DNA of 64,000 nucleotides from positions 10,408-74,407 of the forward strand of contig CAIOLO010000063.1 of assembly GCA_903859155.1 (NCBI GenBank). The letters are read 5' to 3'. The notes beneath the pieces are model-generated. The model did not search any database, was not told where the DNA came from, and was given only the letters and a program-made list of their open reading frames with translations. This DNA comes from an uncultured beta proteobacterium (lineage in GTDB: Bacteria > Pseudomonadota > Gammaproteobacteria > Burkholderiales > SG8-39). Shown here one piece after another: positions 1 through 9,657 of the stretch. The number at the start of each line of letters is the position of its first letter. Within the stretch, counting starts at the first letter, position 1. A program made the translations under genes and the position numbers.

Positions 1-335
1 CCGCTGGACCGGCACCCCGGGTGTTCCCCCGACATCCCTTTTCGAATACCTGCGCGCCGGCGTCGCCGAGTTGTTACGCGGATCAGCGCGGCCCGGTACC
101 AAGCGTAGTACGGATTTTCCCGACATTCCCGGTTCCCCACGCGGCGAGCGGTCCGATTCCGACCGAGCGGCGCAGGCGCATGTCCGCGATGAGTCGTTCT
201 CCTCCTCCTTGACGATTCCGGCTTTTCCTGCCGTCGGCAAAGCGGATGAAGGTCGCTCGCCGCAGCGTGGGGAATCTTCTCTGGAGGCATCGCTGCCTCT
301 GCGCATTTTCCATCTTTAATCAACGGAGTCCCGTC

Positions 336-1382
336 ATGTCCACCAAAGTCCAGAAAGATCACCGAGCAACGCGCGTCAGGTTGAAGAAGATACTCACACG
401 ACCCCTCAGTCGCTCCTTGGGCGCGGCTGTTGCCGTCGCTTTCTCTGTCGGCGCGGCTGCCACGGTCATTCCGGCGCTGGCGCAATCGTTTCCGGCCAAA
501 CCCATCAAGATCGTGACCTCCGCACCGCCCGGGGGCAGCCCTGATGTACTGGCCCGCATCGTCGGGCACGGACTGAGCGCCCGACTGGGCGTTCCCGTGA
601 CCATCGAGAACACCCAGGGCGGTGCCGGCAACATTGCGGCCAATGCTGTGGCGCGTTCCAATCCCGACGGCCACACATTGCTGACGGCCACCGCACAGCT
701 TTCGGTCAATGAGACGTTGTTCAAGGACCTGCCGTTTCACGCGGTCAACAGCTTCGCGCCCATCGTCAATGCGGTGCGCTCCATCCAGGTGTTCGCCGTG
801 CACAAGGATTCGCGCTTTCGCAGCGTGCGCGAATTCATCGCCGCGGCCAAGGCGGCGCCGGAGGACCTGACCATCGCATCGCCGGCGATCGGGACGACCG
901 GACACCTGGGCGTGCTGATGCTGCAGAACCAGGTCGGCTTCAAAGTCACCGCGGTGCCTTACAAAGGCTCCAACCAGGCGCTCGCCGACGTGTTGGGACA
1001 GCGAGCCGATGCAATCCTCGTCACCATCGCGCCGGCGCTGCCGTTCATCAAGGACGGCCGCTTGCGCGCCATTGGCGTGCCCTCGCCCGCGCGTTCGCGT
1101 GAAATCCCCGAAGTGCCGACCTTCGCCGAGCAGGGCGTAGCCAATTTCGACCTGGATTCCTGGCAGGGCTTCGTCGCCCGCGCCGGCACGCCCAAGCCGC
1201 TCATCGACCGTCTCAACCGCGAGATCAATGCGGTGCTGAAGGATGCCGCGGTGCGCACGGCCCTCGAGAAGGCCGCATTCGAAATCGAGGGCGGCACGCC
1301 CGAGGCCTTCGCCAGGCTGATCTCCAAGGAGATCGGAACCTGGAAGGACATCATCCTCGCCAACAACATCCACGCCGATTGA
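336..1382 (+). CDS. Bug/TctC-family periplasmic solute-binding protein, orphan (no adjacent TctAB)
   Basis: ORF 246..1382. ATG at 336 follows ACGGAG. Has an N-terminal hydrophobic signal region and Bug-family-like sequence (PIKIVTSAPPGGSPD, PYKGSNQALADVLGQ). Confidence 0.85.
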   Translation: MSTKVQKDHRATRVRLKKILTRPLSRSLGAAVAVAFSVGAAATVIPALAQSFPAKPIKIVTSAPPGGSPDVLARIVGHGLSARLGVPVTIENTQGGAGNIAANAVARSNPDGHTLLTATAQLSVNETLFKDLPFHAVNSFAPIVNAVRSIQVFAVHKDSRFRSVREFIAAAKAAPEDLTIASPAIGTTGHLGVLMLQNQVGFKVTAVPYKGSNQALADVLGQRADAILVTIAPALPFIKDGRLRAIGVPSPARSREIPEVPTFAEQGVANFDLDSWQGFVARAGTPKPLIDRLNREINAVLKDAAVRTALEKAAFEIEGGTPEAFARLISKEIGTWKDIILANNIHAD

Positions 1383-1432
1383 TTCGGCGATCTTGCGCAA
1401 TACCCGAAAACACTTTACGAAAGGAATCTGTC

Positions 1433-2518
1433 ATGACCGAAAAAGCCATCGCAAACCGCAAACCGGAAACACTCTGGTACACGCGCTGCCCGGTGCCCAC
1501 GGCCTCCGGCATTGCCATCCAGCACGGCTGGATCGAGGAGGAGTTCGCGGCCGACGGTATTCGCGTCGCCTCGCTGCGCGCCTCCCCGGACCGCGCCGTG
1601 CGGGAGTCGCACTTCGATCACAGCAAGGAGGACTCCTTCCGCCAGGGCGGCAATGCGCCTCCCATCTGGGCGCGTTCTGAAGGGCGCGACATCAAGGTGG
1701 TGGGCCTCACCTGGTTGCCACAGTACCAGTCCATTCTTTCCCTCAAGAATTCGAAGGTCAAAACCGTCAAGGATCTGCGCGGCCGTCGCATCGCGCTGCC
1801 GCGTCGCGTCAACGACCAGATGGATTTCTGGGCCGCTTCGGCCAAGCAGGGCATCCTCCAGGCCCTGGCACCGGAAGGTCTGGGTGAAAAGGACGTCACC
1901 TGGGTCGATCTGCCGGTCCACCAGACCTATATCGCCGATCCGGCCGCCTCGTCCTCGGGCGCCCTGTTCGGCGCGCGTCAGCGCGCCCAATCCGCCAGCG
2001 CCGAAACCTTCGCGCTGATCCGCGGTGAAGTGGACGCCATCTATCACTACGGCGCCTCCGGCCCGGCGCTCGAGGCGTTCCTCGACGCCCACGTGGTGCT
2101 GGACCTCAACCATCATCCGGACCAGGAAGTGGCCATCAACAACGGCACACCCAATGTGCTGACTGTCAGCGGCGCGTTGCTACGCGAGCGGCCGGACCTG
2201 GTTGCCCGTTACCTGTCGCAGGTGATCCGCGCCGCCCACTGGGCCCGCACCCACAGGCAGGAGGCCGACATCATTTTCGCGCGCGAAGTCTCCGCGGTGG
2301 AAGAGTGGCTGCCGGAGGCCTTCGACGCCACCTTGTACGAAAACCTGTTGCCCAGCCTGAGCGACAGGCTGGTGCACGCACTGGAGGTTCGCAAGAATTT
2401 CCTGTTCAAGCACGGTTACCTCAAGAAGGACTTTTCGGTGGCCGAATGGATCGATCCCAAGCCGCTGGCAGCAGCGCATGAACTGCTGAAGAGCCGTGCG
2501 GTATTGAAGGCGGCTTGA
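1433..2518 (+). CDS. DszB-like protein (2'-hydroxybiphenyl-2-sulfinate desulfinase family, SsuA/NMT1-type periplasmic-binding fold), no signal peptide
   Basis: ORF 1379..2518. ATG at 1433 follows AAGGA. Blocks match DszB as remembered: TLWYTRCPVPTA, SHF..FRQGG, DLRGRRIALP, GEVDAIYHY, LTVSGALLRERPDLV. Confidence 0.7.
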   Translation: MTEKAIANRKPETLWYTRCPVPTASGIAIQHGWIEEEFAADGIRVASLRASPDRAVRESHFDHSKEDSFRQGGNAPPIWARSEGRDIKVVGLTWLPQYQSILSLKNSKVKTVKDLRGRRIALPRRVNDQMDFWAASAKQGILQALAPEGLGEKDVTWVDLPVHQTYIADPAASSSGALFGARQRAQSASAETFALIRGEVDAIYHYGASGPALEAFLDAHVVLDLNHHPDQEVAINNGTPNVLTVSGALLRERPDLVARYLSQVIRAAHWARTHRQEADIIFAREVSAVEEWLPEAFDATLYENLLPSLSDRLVHALEVRKNFLFKHGYLKKDFSVAEWIDPKPLAAAHELLKSRAVLKAA

Positions 2519-2534
2519 GCGCTGGAATCCGCAC

Positions 2535-2559
2535 CCGGGCCGCGTGACTGGCGGCCCGG
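2535..2559 (+). terminator. GC-rich hairpin downstream of the DszB-like gene
   Basis: CCGGGCCGC-gtgactg-GCGGCCCGG, a 9-bp stem. No clear T-tract follows. Confidence 0.35.
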
Positions 2560-2723
2560 CCTGCCGATTCCCGACGATCATAACAGAGCAGAGAATTACA
2601 TCGGGTCACGCGTATCGGGCGCCAATTCGATTTTTCTATCCGTTCCATTGATACGCGCGACCCGCAAAGGAGATCAGTCGATGGCGTAGGGGAGATCGAT
2701 ATTCATTCTGTCGGCATTCATCC

Positions 2724-2741
2724 TTGCCAAATTTTGCCAAA
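2724..2741 (+). promoter_or_regulatory. Direct repeat TTGCCAAA x2 (10-bp period) upstream of parD, candidate ParD operator
   Basis: TTGCCAAA at 2724-2731 and 2734-2741, about 20 bp before the parD start. Confidence 0.3.
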
Positions 2742-2758
2742 GAAATTAAGATGGGCCG

Positions 2759-2998
2759 ATGGGCACCATGAATATCTCCCTGCCGGACACACTCAAATCT
2801 TTCGTTGACGAACAAGTCGCCGAACGTGGCTTTGGCACCAGCAGCGAATACGTGCGTGAACTAATCCGCAAGGATCAGGAGCGCGCGCATTTGCGGGGGC
2901 TGTTGCTCGCCGGGATCGCCTCCGCGCCGGCAAAAGTTGCCGACGCTGCGTATTTCAAATCGTTGCGCGATAGAACGCGGCGGCGCGCCAGGGCGTGA
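2759..2998 (+). CDS. parD: ParD-type ribbon-helix-helix antitoxin
   Basis: MNISLPDTLKSFVDEQVAERGFGTSSEYVRELIRKDQ is a typical ParD/COG3609 N-terminus. The start could be 2768. A 4-nt GTGA overlap joins it to the toxin gene. Confidence 0.85.
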   Translation: MGTMNISLPDTLKSFVDEQVAERGFGTSSEYVRELIRKDQERAHLRGLLLAGIASAPAKVADAAYFKSLRDRTRRRARA

Positions 2999-3327
2999 AT
3001 CCGCCCAAGCCCGTCATACCCAGGGAACTGGCCAATCGGGATGCAGAAGAGGCGCTTGCCCACTATCTGAGTGAAGGCGCCATACAAGCAGCCAATGGTT
3101 TTATCGATGCCCTCGAAAAAGCCTACGGCCAAATTGGCCAAAATCCGAGAATCGGTTCACCCCGCTGGGCACACGAACTTGCCATACCTCAACTACGTTC
3201 ATGGGCATTGACCTCTTATCCACAATTGATTTTCTACATCGAACGTGACGACCACATCGATGTTATCCGAGTGCTGCATGGACACCGCGATATCCCCGTT
3301 TGGTTGCAGAGCGAAAAGGAAGGCTAA
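2995..3327 (+). CDS. parE: ParE/RelE-family toxin
   Basis: 110 aa, coupled to parD. The C-terminal motif IFYIERDDHIDVIRVLHGHRD is typical of ParE. Confidence 0.85.
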   Translation: MNPPKPVIPRELANRDAEEALAHYLSEGAIQAANGFIDALEKAYGQIGQNPRIGSPRWAHELAIPQLRSWALTSYPQLIFYIERDDHIDVIRVLHGHRDIPVWLQSEKEG

Positions 3328-3519
3328 AAAATTCAGCAGCGTTGCACGCGTTGACCGTAATCCTCGTGGCTCGAATAACGCTGGATGGCCGCTAAAGCCT
3401 GCCGCTTGAGTATTGCGGCGGGCTCCTATTGCTGATTTTCATATAAGCAACGCGAAACTACATATTTGGCGCCGCCCCGGTAACGCTCTACACTGCTCGG
3501 TCGATTCAGGGGGGGGCGT

Positions 3520-4542
3520 ATGCAGCCAATTTACAAAGTCATTTCAAAGGGTTATTTGCTCTTTTCCGCGCTGGCGCTGGTCGTCAGTCCGGGCATCGCC
3601 GCAGCGCAAACCACGCTGCTCAACGTTTCCTACGACGTGTCGCGCGAGCTCTACAAGGACATCAACGCGGCTTTCGCGGCGCAATGGCTGGCGAAAAACA
3701 AGGAAAAGCTGGTCATCAACCAGTCGCATGGCGGCTCGAGTTCCCAGGCAATGGCGGTGATCAACGGCCTGGAGGCCGATGTCGTCACCATGAACCAGGC
3801 GCCCGACGTCGATATTCTGGTCGAGCGCGGGGCGCTGGTGAGCGCGGACTGGCGCAAGCGCTTTCCCAATGAGGCGGCGCCTTACACCAGCGTCACCGTA
3901 TTCCTTATCCGCAAAGGCAATCCCAAGGCCATCAAGGATTGGCCGGATCTGGCGCGCGCCGGCATGCAGGTGATCGTCCCTAATCCCAAGACCTCGGGCA
4001 ATGGCCGCTATACCTACCTTGCGGCCTATGGCTACGCTTTGCAGGCCAACAAGGGCAACGATGCCGCGGCGCGCGAATTCGTCCGCCGCCTGTTCGCCAA
4101 CGTGCCGGTTCTGGATGGCGGTGGCCGCGGCGCCACCACCACCTTTTCCCAGCGGGATATCGGCGATGTGCTGGTGACCTTCGAGAACGAGGCCGCGCTG
4201 ATCGACCTGGAGGTCGGTGGCGGCAAATTCGACGTGGTCTATCCGTCGGTCACCATCGAAGCGCCTGCGCCGGTGGCATTGGTGGAACGTGTGGTGGAAA
4301 AGCGCGGCACGCGCCGCGTCGCCCAGGCCTACCTGGAATTTCTCTACAGCCCCGAGGGTCAGGAGATCATCGCGAAACACAATTTCCGCCCGCGCCTTGA
4401 CGCCGTGGTGAAGAAATACGCCAGGCGCTTTCCGCTGGTGCGCACGTTTTCCGTCGAGAGCCAGTTGGGCGGCTGGGACAAGGTTCGCAAGGAACATTTC
4501 GCTGACGGCGGCATCTACGACCAGATCATCGTCAAACGCTGA
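3520..4542 (+). CDS. sbp: Sulfate/thiosulfate ABC transporter periplasmic binding protein
   Basis: Signal peptide, then LLNVSYDVSRELYKDINAAF...NQSHGGSSSQA. First gene of the sbp-cysTWA cluster. Confidence 0.9.
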   Translation: MQPIYKVISKGYLLFSALALVVSPGIAAAQTTLLNVSYDVSRELYKDINAAFAAQWLAKNKEKLVINQSHGGSSSQAMAVINGLEADVVTMNQAPDVDILVERGALVSADWRKRFPNEAAPYTSVTVFLIRKGNPKAIKDWPDLARAGMQVIVPNPKTSGNGRYTYLAAYGYALQANKGNDAAAREFVRRLFANVPVLDGGGRGATTTFSQRDIGDVLVTFENEAALIDLEVGGGKFDVVYPSVTIEAPAPVALVERVVEKRGTRRVAQAYLEFLYSPEGQEIIAKHNFRPRLDAVVKKYARRFPLVRTFSVESQLGGWDKVRKEHFADGGIYDQIIVKR

Positions 4543-5378
4543 TGGCCGCCAAGCGCCGTCTGCGGGTGCTGCCGGGCTTCGGCCTGTCGCTCGGCTACAC
4601 CTTCACGTATCTATCGCTGATCGTGCTGGTGCCGCTGGCGGCGGTGTTCATCAAGACCTCGTCGCTGAGCATGCTGGAATTCTGGAATGTGGTCACCACG
4701 CCGCGCGTGGTGGCTTCCTACAAGCTTTCCTTCGGCGCTTCGCTTGCCGCGGCGGGCATCAATACGGTATTCGGCCTGATGCTCGCCTGGGCACTGGTGC
4801 GCTACACTTTTCCCGGCAAGAAACTGGTGGATGCATTGATCGACCTGCCGTTTGCTTTGCCCACCGCGGTGGCGGGTATCGCATTGACCGCGCTGTACGC
4901 GAAAAACGGCTGGCTCGGACAGTATCTGGAACCGATGGGGATCAAGATCGCCTTCGGCCCCTGGGGCGTGCTGGTGGCCCTCGTTTTCATCGGCGTGCCC
5001 TTCGTGGTGCGCACGGTGCAGCCGATTCTCGAGGACCTTGACACGGAGTTCGAAGAGGCCTCGGCGAGCCTGGGTGCGGACCGTCTGCAGACTTTCTGGA
5101 TCGTGGTGCTGCCGATCATTTTCCCGGCCCTGCTGACCGGCTTCGCGCTCGCCTTCGCGCGTGCCGTGGGCGAGTACGGCTCGGTGATCTTCATTGCCGG
5201 CAACATCCCGATGGTGTCGGAAATCACCCCCTTGATGATCATCACCAAGCTGGAGCAGTACGATTACGTCGGCGCCACCGCGATCGCGGCGGTGATGCTG
5301 GTGTTCTCCTTCATTCTGCTTTTGATCATCAACGGCCTGCAGGCCTGGACCGCGCGGCGCACCGGCAGGGAGGTTTGA
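4542..5378 (+). CDS. cysT: Sulfate ABC transporter permease CysT
   Basis: Polytopic membrane protein in the conserved position after sbp. Its start overlaps the sbp stop. Confidence 0.9.
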   Translation: MAAKRRLRVLPGFGLSLGYTFTYLSLIVLVPLAAVFIKTSSLSMLEFWNVVTTPRVVASYKLSFGASLAAAGINTVFGLMLAWALVRYTFPGKKLVDALIDLPFALPTAVAGIALTALYAKNGWLGQYLEPMGIKIAFGPWGVLVALVFIGVPFVVRTVQPILEDLDTEFEEASASLGADRLQTFWIVVLPIIFPALLTGFALAFARAVGEYGSVIFIAGNIPMVSEITPLMIITKLEQYDYVGATAIAAVMLVFSFILLLIINGLQAWTARRTGREV

Positions 5379-6286
5379 TGGCGGGCGTGGTGACACATCG
5401 GGCGCATCCGGTTTCGGACCTCTCGCGCTTCGAAAATAATCCCGCGACGCGCGAGCCGCCCTGGGTCAAGCGGTTGATACTCGGGCTGGCCCTCAGTTTT
5501 TTTGCGGTGTTCCTGCTGCTGCCGCTGTTCGCGGTATTCGCCGAGGCCTTGCGCAAGGGCTGGGATACCTACCGCGTGGTGCTCACGGACTCGGACGCGC
5601 TCGCGGCCATCCAGCTGACGCTGCTGGCTGCGGCGATTTCAGTGCCGCTCAATCTGGTGTTCGGCGTGGCCGCGGCCTGGTCCGTTGCCAAGTTCGATTT
5701 CCGCGGCAAGCAGTGGCTGGTGACCTTCATCGACCTGCCGTTTTCGGTCTCGCCGGTGGTGGCGGGCCTCATCTATGTGTTGATGTTTGGCGCGCAAGGC
5801 TGGTTCGGGCCGTGGCTGCGCGAGCATGATGTCAAGATCATCTTTGCCGTACCCGGCATCGTGTTGGCGACGATTTTCGTCACCTTTCCATTCATTGCCC
5901 GGGAATTGATACCCCTGATGCAGGCGCAGGGCAGGGAAGAGGAGGAAGCCGCCGTGGTCCTTGGGGCGCGCGGCTGGCAGGTGTTCTGGATGGTGACTTT
6001 GCCCAACATCAAGTGGGGCCTGCTCTACGGCGTAATATTGTGCAATGCGCGGGCGATGGGCGAATTCGGCGCGGTGTCGGTGGTCTCGGGCAAGATCCGC
6101 GGCCAGACCAACACCATGCCGCTGCAGGTGGAAATTCTCTACAACGAATACAACTTCGCCGCCGCCTTTGCCATGGCCTCGCTGCTGGCGTTGCTTGCTT
6201 TGGCAACCCTGGTTTTAAAAAGCTGGATCGAGCATGCCAGTCGGCGCGATTACGCGCCGGTTCCCGAAGGAAGAGGAAAAGTATGA
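5375..6286 (+). CDS. cysW: Sulfate ABC transporter permease CysW
   Basis: Polytopic permease paralogous to CysT. ATGA overlap with cysT. Confidence 0.9.
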   Translation: MMAGVVTHRAHPVSDLSRFENNPATREPPWVKRLILGLALSFFAVFLLLPLFAVFAEALRKGWDTYRVVLTDSDALAAIQLTLLAAAISVPLNLVFGVAAAWSVAKFDFRGKQWLVTFIDLPFSVSPVVAGLIYVLMFGAQGWFGPWLREHDVKIIFAVPGIVLATIFVTFPFIARELIPLMQAQGREEEEAAVVLGARGWQVFWMVTLPNIKWGLLYGVILCNARAMGEFGAVSVVSGKIRGQTNTMPLQVEILYNEYNFAAAFAMASLLALLALATLVLKSWIEHASRRDYAPVPEGRGKV

Positions 6287-6324
6287 AGGGATACTCCCGT
6301 CAAAATCCCCTGAGTGGTTATCGA

Positions 6325-6346
6325 ACAAGGGGGATGGCCCCCTTGT
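6325..6346 (+). other. Intercistronic hairpin in the cysW-cysA spacer
   Basis: ACAAGGGGG-atgg-CCCCCTTGT, a 9-bp stem with a 4-nt loop, inside a 114-nt gap in an otherwise overlapping operon. Confidence 0.5.
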
Positions 6347-6400
6347 ATATCCCCCACAGGGGCCGTTTCAGAGATTCCGAAACGGCATAGAAGGAGTTTT

Positions 6401-7501
6401 ATGAGCATCGAAGTCAAAAACATCCGCAAGTCGTTCGGCAATTTCGTCGCGCTGGACGGCGTCAGCCTGGATTTCCCCTCGGGTGAACTGGTGGCCTTGC
6501 TCGGGCCCTCTGGCTGTGGCAAGACCACTTTGCTGCGGGTAATTGCCGGCCTGGAGCAGGCCGACGAGGGCACGGTGTTGCTCGAAGGCGAGGATGCCTC
6601 GGGCACCCACGCGCGCGAGCGCCGCGTCGGTTTTGTATTCCAGCATTACGCGCTGTTCCGGCACATGACGGTGTTCGACAACGTTGCCTTCGGCATGCGC
6701 GTCAAGCCGCGCCGCGAGCGGCCCAATGAAGCGGCGGTGCGGCGCAAGGTCACCGAATTGCTCGAACTGGTGCAACTCGACTGGCTGGCCGACCGCTTCC
6801 CTTCGCAGCTCTCAGGCGGCCAGCGCCAGCGGATTGCGCTGGCACGTGCGCTTGCGGTCGAGCCGCGCGTGCTGCTGCTCGATGAACCCTTTGGCGCGCT
6901 CGATGCCAAGGTGCGCAAGGAACTGCGGCGCTGGCTGCGCCGCCTGCACGACGACCTGCATATCACCTCGATTTTTGTCACCCACGATCAGGAGGAGGCG
7001 CTGGAAGTGGCTGACCGCGTGGTGCTGATGGACCATGGCCATGTCGAGCAGGTGGGTTCGCCCGAAGAGGTCTACCGGCACCCGGCCACGGCGTTTGTCT
7101 ACGGCTTCCTTGGATCGGTCAATTTCTTCCATGGCAGGGTCGATGAAGGCTCGGTGCGGGTGGGCGACGACCACCTTGGCGCCTCGGGCGGTGATGTGGC
7201 GCACGGTGCCGAGGTGGTGGCGTTTGCGCGGCCTTACGAACTCGATATTGTCACCGGCAGCGATGCCACCGGCGGCGTGGCGGCAAAGGTCACCCGGGTG
7301 CTTTCCTTCGGTGTCACGGCGCGCGTGGAACTGGACGGCATCAACGGTTCGGCGGGGCAGCATTTCGAGGTTGAACTCACCCGCGAGCGAGCGCTGGAGT
7401 TGAACCTCACCGAAGGACAGGAGGTGCGCCTGGTTCCGTCGCGCCTGCGCGTGTTTGAACGCTCCGTGGTGGTTGCCGCGGGCGTGGGAGTGCCGCAATG
7501 A
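6401..7501 (+). CDS. cysA: Sulfate/thiosulfate ABC transporter ATP-binding protein CysA
   Basis: ATG at 6401 follows AAGGAG. Walker [10 protein letters not shown], signature LSGGQRQR, Walker B LLLDEP. Confidence 0.9.
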   Translation: MSIEVKNIRKSFGNFVALDGVSLDFPSGELVALLGPSGCGKTTLLRVIAGLEQADEGTVLLEGEDASGTHARERRVGFVFQHYALFRHMTVFDNVAFGMRVKPRRERPNEAAVRRKVTELLELVQLDWLADRFPSQLSGGQRQRIALARALAVEPRVLLLDEPFGALDAKVRKELRRWLRRLHDDLHITSIFVTHDQEEALEVADRVVLMDHGHVEQVGSPEEVYRHPATAFVYGFLGSVNFFHGRVDEGSVRVGDDHLGASGGDVAHGAEVVAFARPYELDIVTGSDATGGVAAKVTRVLSFGVTARVELDGINGSAGQHFEVELTRERALELNLTEGQEVRLVPSRLRVFERSVVVAAGVGVPQ

Positions 7502-8439
7502 ATTTTCAGCAGCTTCGCATCATCCGCGAAACGGTCCGGCGCAGTTTCAACCTGACCGAGGTCGCCAACGCCCTGTTTACCTCCCAATCCGGGGTGAGCA
7601 AGCACATCAAGGACCTCGAGGACGAACTCGGGGTGGAATTGTTCGTCCGCAAGGGCAAGCGGCTGCTCGGCCTCACCGATCCGGGCAAGGAACTGGTGCT
7701 GATTGTCGAGCGCATGCTGCTCGATGCCAACAACATCAAGCGACTGGCCGCGCAGTTCAGCAGCCGCGACGAAGGCCAGCTGGTCGTCGCTACCACGCAT
7801 ACCCAGGCGCGCTATGCGCTGCCGCAGGTGGTCAAGCACTTCAAGGAAGCCTTCCCGAAAGTGCACCTGGTGCTGCACCAGTCGAGCCCGCCGGAAATCG
7901 TTTCCATGCTCATGGACGGCGAGGCCGACATCGGTGTGGCCACGGAATCGCTCGCCGATTCGCCGGAACTGGAAACCTTCCCGTACTACCGCTGGCACCA
8001 CTCGGTGATCGTCCCGGCAGGGCATCCGCTGGAGAGCGCCAAGCGGCTAACGCTCAAGGCCATCGCGCAATACCCGATCGTGACCTATCACCAGGGTTTT
8101 ACCGGCCGCGCCCGGATCGACAAGACCTTTGCCGATGCGGGGTTCACGCCCGACATCGTCATGTCGGCACTGGATGCCGATGTGATCAAGACCTATGTGG
8201 AACTGGGCCTGGGCATCGGCATCGTGGCCTCGATGGCCTTCGACAAGGCGCGCGACCGGGAACTGCGCCTGCTCGAGAGCGGGCACCTGTTCGAGGACAA
8301 CACCACGCTGATCGCGGTGCGCCGCGGGCATTATTTGCGGGGATTTGCCTACCGTTTCATCGAGCTATGCGAGCCCTCGCTGACCGAGCCCGCGGTGCGC
8401 GCGGCCATCAGCCCGGTGCGTGATTCGGATATTGCCTAG
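7498..8439 (+). CDS. LysR-family regulator of the CysB/Cbl/SsuR group
   Basis: N-terminal [44 protein letters not shown] is CysB-like. ATGA overlap with cysA. Confidence 0.85.
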   Translation: MNFQQLRIIRETVRRSFNLTEVANALFTSQSGVSKHIKDLEDELGVELFVRKGKRLLGLTDPGKELVLIVERMLLDANNIKRLAAQFSSRDEGQLVVATTHTQARYALPQVVKHFKEAFPKVHLVLHQSSPPEIVSMLMDGEADIGVATESLADSPELETFPYYRWHHSVIVPAGHPLESAKRLTLKAIAQYPIVTYHQGFTGRARIDKTFADAGFTPDIVMSALDADVIKTYVELGLGIGIVASMAFDKARDRELRLLESGHLFEDNTTLIAVRRGHYLRGFAYRFIELCEPSLTEPAVRAAISPVRDSDIA

Positions 8440-8496
8440 CCGCTCAGGACTGCCTGGAATAAATAGTTCGACATCATTGTCTGGCCGTCAGGAGGG

Positions 8497-8775
8497 TCAA
8501 GCCGCTGGGTTGTGTGTTTTCAACCAATTCTGTAGCGCAACATCAACGCGGGTCTGCCAGCCCTCGCCAGTGGCTCGAAAGCTTTGAACTACGCTTCGCG
8601 ACAACCGAATTGTGATGCGCTCTTTAGTCGGAAGCTTTTGTGCCCCACGAGCCCCGATCTTGCGCTTGAGGGACTCTGGCAAAGCTTTCCGCGCCGGACG
8701 AAACGCGCTTAAATCATTGACTGTAAGTTCCCTGACCTCGCCTTTGGCGTCAATCAGCGGTTTTTGCTTTGGCAT
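8497..8775 (-). CDS. brnA: BrnA-type antitoxin (DUF4415/COG3514-like)
   Basis: 92 aa. The C-terminal ITIRLSRSVVQSFRATGEGWQTRVDVALQNWL pattern is typical. Overlaps the upstream brnT by 26 nt. Confidence 0.75.
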   Translation of the reverse strand: MPKQKPLIDAKGEVRELTVNDLSAFRPARKALPESLKRKIGARGAQKLPTKERITIRLSRSVVQSFRATGEGWQTRVDVALQNWLKTHNPAA

Positions 8776-9028
8776 ATCGATTCACCTCGCGCGTGTTGGC
8801 TTTGCGGAAGCTGATGACGCGGATTCCTTCCGGCGTCTCAGCAAAGCAAAGAACATGCAGCCGAACCCCAAGCATCCCTACTGCGATATAGCGTGCTTCG
8901 CCGTAGTCCTGCCGTTTGTCGACAGCATACAGAGCGCCCTCAAAGTCAAATTCAGCAGCCGAATCGAATGGCAGACCGCGATCGCGGACATTCCGATGAT
9001 TCTTCGCCGGATCATAAGAGATACGCAC
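8750..9028 (-). CDS. brnT: BrnT-type toxin (DUF497/COG2929)
   Basis: 92 aa. YDPAKNHRNVRDRGLPF ... RVISFRKANTREVNRY is the DUF497 pattern. Confidence 0.75.
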   Translation of the reverse strand: MRISYDPAKNHRNVRDRGLPFDSAAEFDFEGALYAVDKRQDYGEARYIAVGMLGVRLHVLCFAETPEGIRVISFRKANTREVNRYAKAKTAD

Positions 9029-9069
9029 GTCGGATAGTGTACATACAAAAAGATAGTGACGCCAGCGCG

Positions 9070-9225
9070 CTATCTTAGTGTCGCCGACGCGGTTCCAACC
9101 ATGACTTCCATCCAGGTGATGACGCTGATGGCCTTGTCCTCGAATCGCTCCAATTCAATCTTCGCGCTTTTGACGCCGTTCAAGTAGTCGATCAGGATAT
9201 TGGTGTCCAGCAGCACCTTCACCAT
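9070..9225 (-). pseudogene. Truncated PIN-domain (VapC-like) toxin stub, N-terminal ~51 aa only
   Basis: MVKVLLDTNILIDYLNG...ISVITWMEVMVG is a PIN N-terminus. It stops after 51 aa, against roughly 130 aa for a full VapC, directly abutting the brnT upstream region. Confidence 0.6.
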
Positions 9226-9363
9226 TGGGCGCGCAGCTTTTTTTGGTACTTCAAGCCGTCGACCGCATAAATACAAGTTGCACCCTCGGTGTGCGGCGCC
9301 GTGAGGAGCGCCCCCGTTCATTCCAGTTGCGGGATGGACGTCTGCCCGAATCTTCGCGCCTAT

Positions 9364-9498
9364 TGCGGAGGCGAGCATGGTATCGGATCGGGCAAAATCG
9401 CTTATCCGCAGCGAGAGCAGGGCGGCGCCATTTCAGTCAGGCGCGCCATCAAGCAGGCGCTCGATCCTTACGGGTTGATGAACCCGGCAAGATATTTC
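9364..9498 (+). pseudogene. C-terminal remnant of an FAD-linked oxidase (GlcD/D-lactate dehydrogenase type)
   Basis: CGGEHGIGSGK...VRRAIKQALDPYGLMNPARYF matches the extreme C-terminus of FAD-binding oxidases. No N-terminal part is present. Confidence 0.55.
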
Positions 9499-9513
9499 AT
9501 TGAGGAAGCCGAC

Positions 9514-9657
9514 ATGAAACGAGAAGTGATTGTTCCCTGGGAAATGCACGCCGAGCACCTGCCCTGCAGCACCACGGTGCAGGTATCGGCATTTGTCGTG
9601 CCGACCATGCTGATCGAGATCGACGGCTGGGCGGTCATTCCGGATGCCGGGCAATGA
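9514..9657 (+). pseudogene. Possible C-terminal remnant of a RidA/YjgF-family protein
   Basis: The 47 aa ending TTVQVSAFVVPTMLIEIDGWAVIP resemble the RidA C-terminal strand. Same frame as the oxidase remnant. Weak. Confidence 0.25.

Noticed and set aside
1-335. Possible minus-strand gene running off the left edge (frame open to position 1, starting near 135: MSGKSVLRLVPGRADPRNN...). Also several 60-80-aa ORFs here.
   Set aside because: There is no recognisable motif, no convincing RBS, and too little sequence. It is left unannotated.
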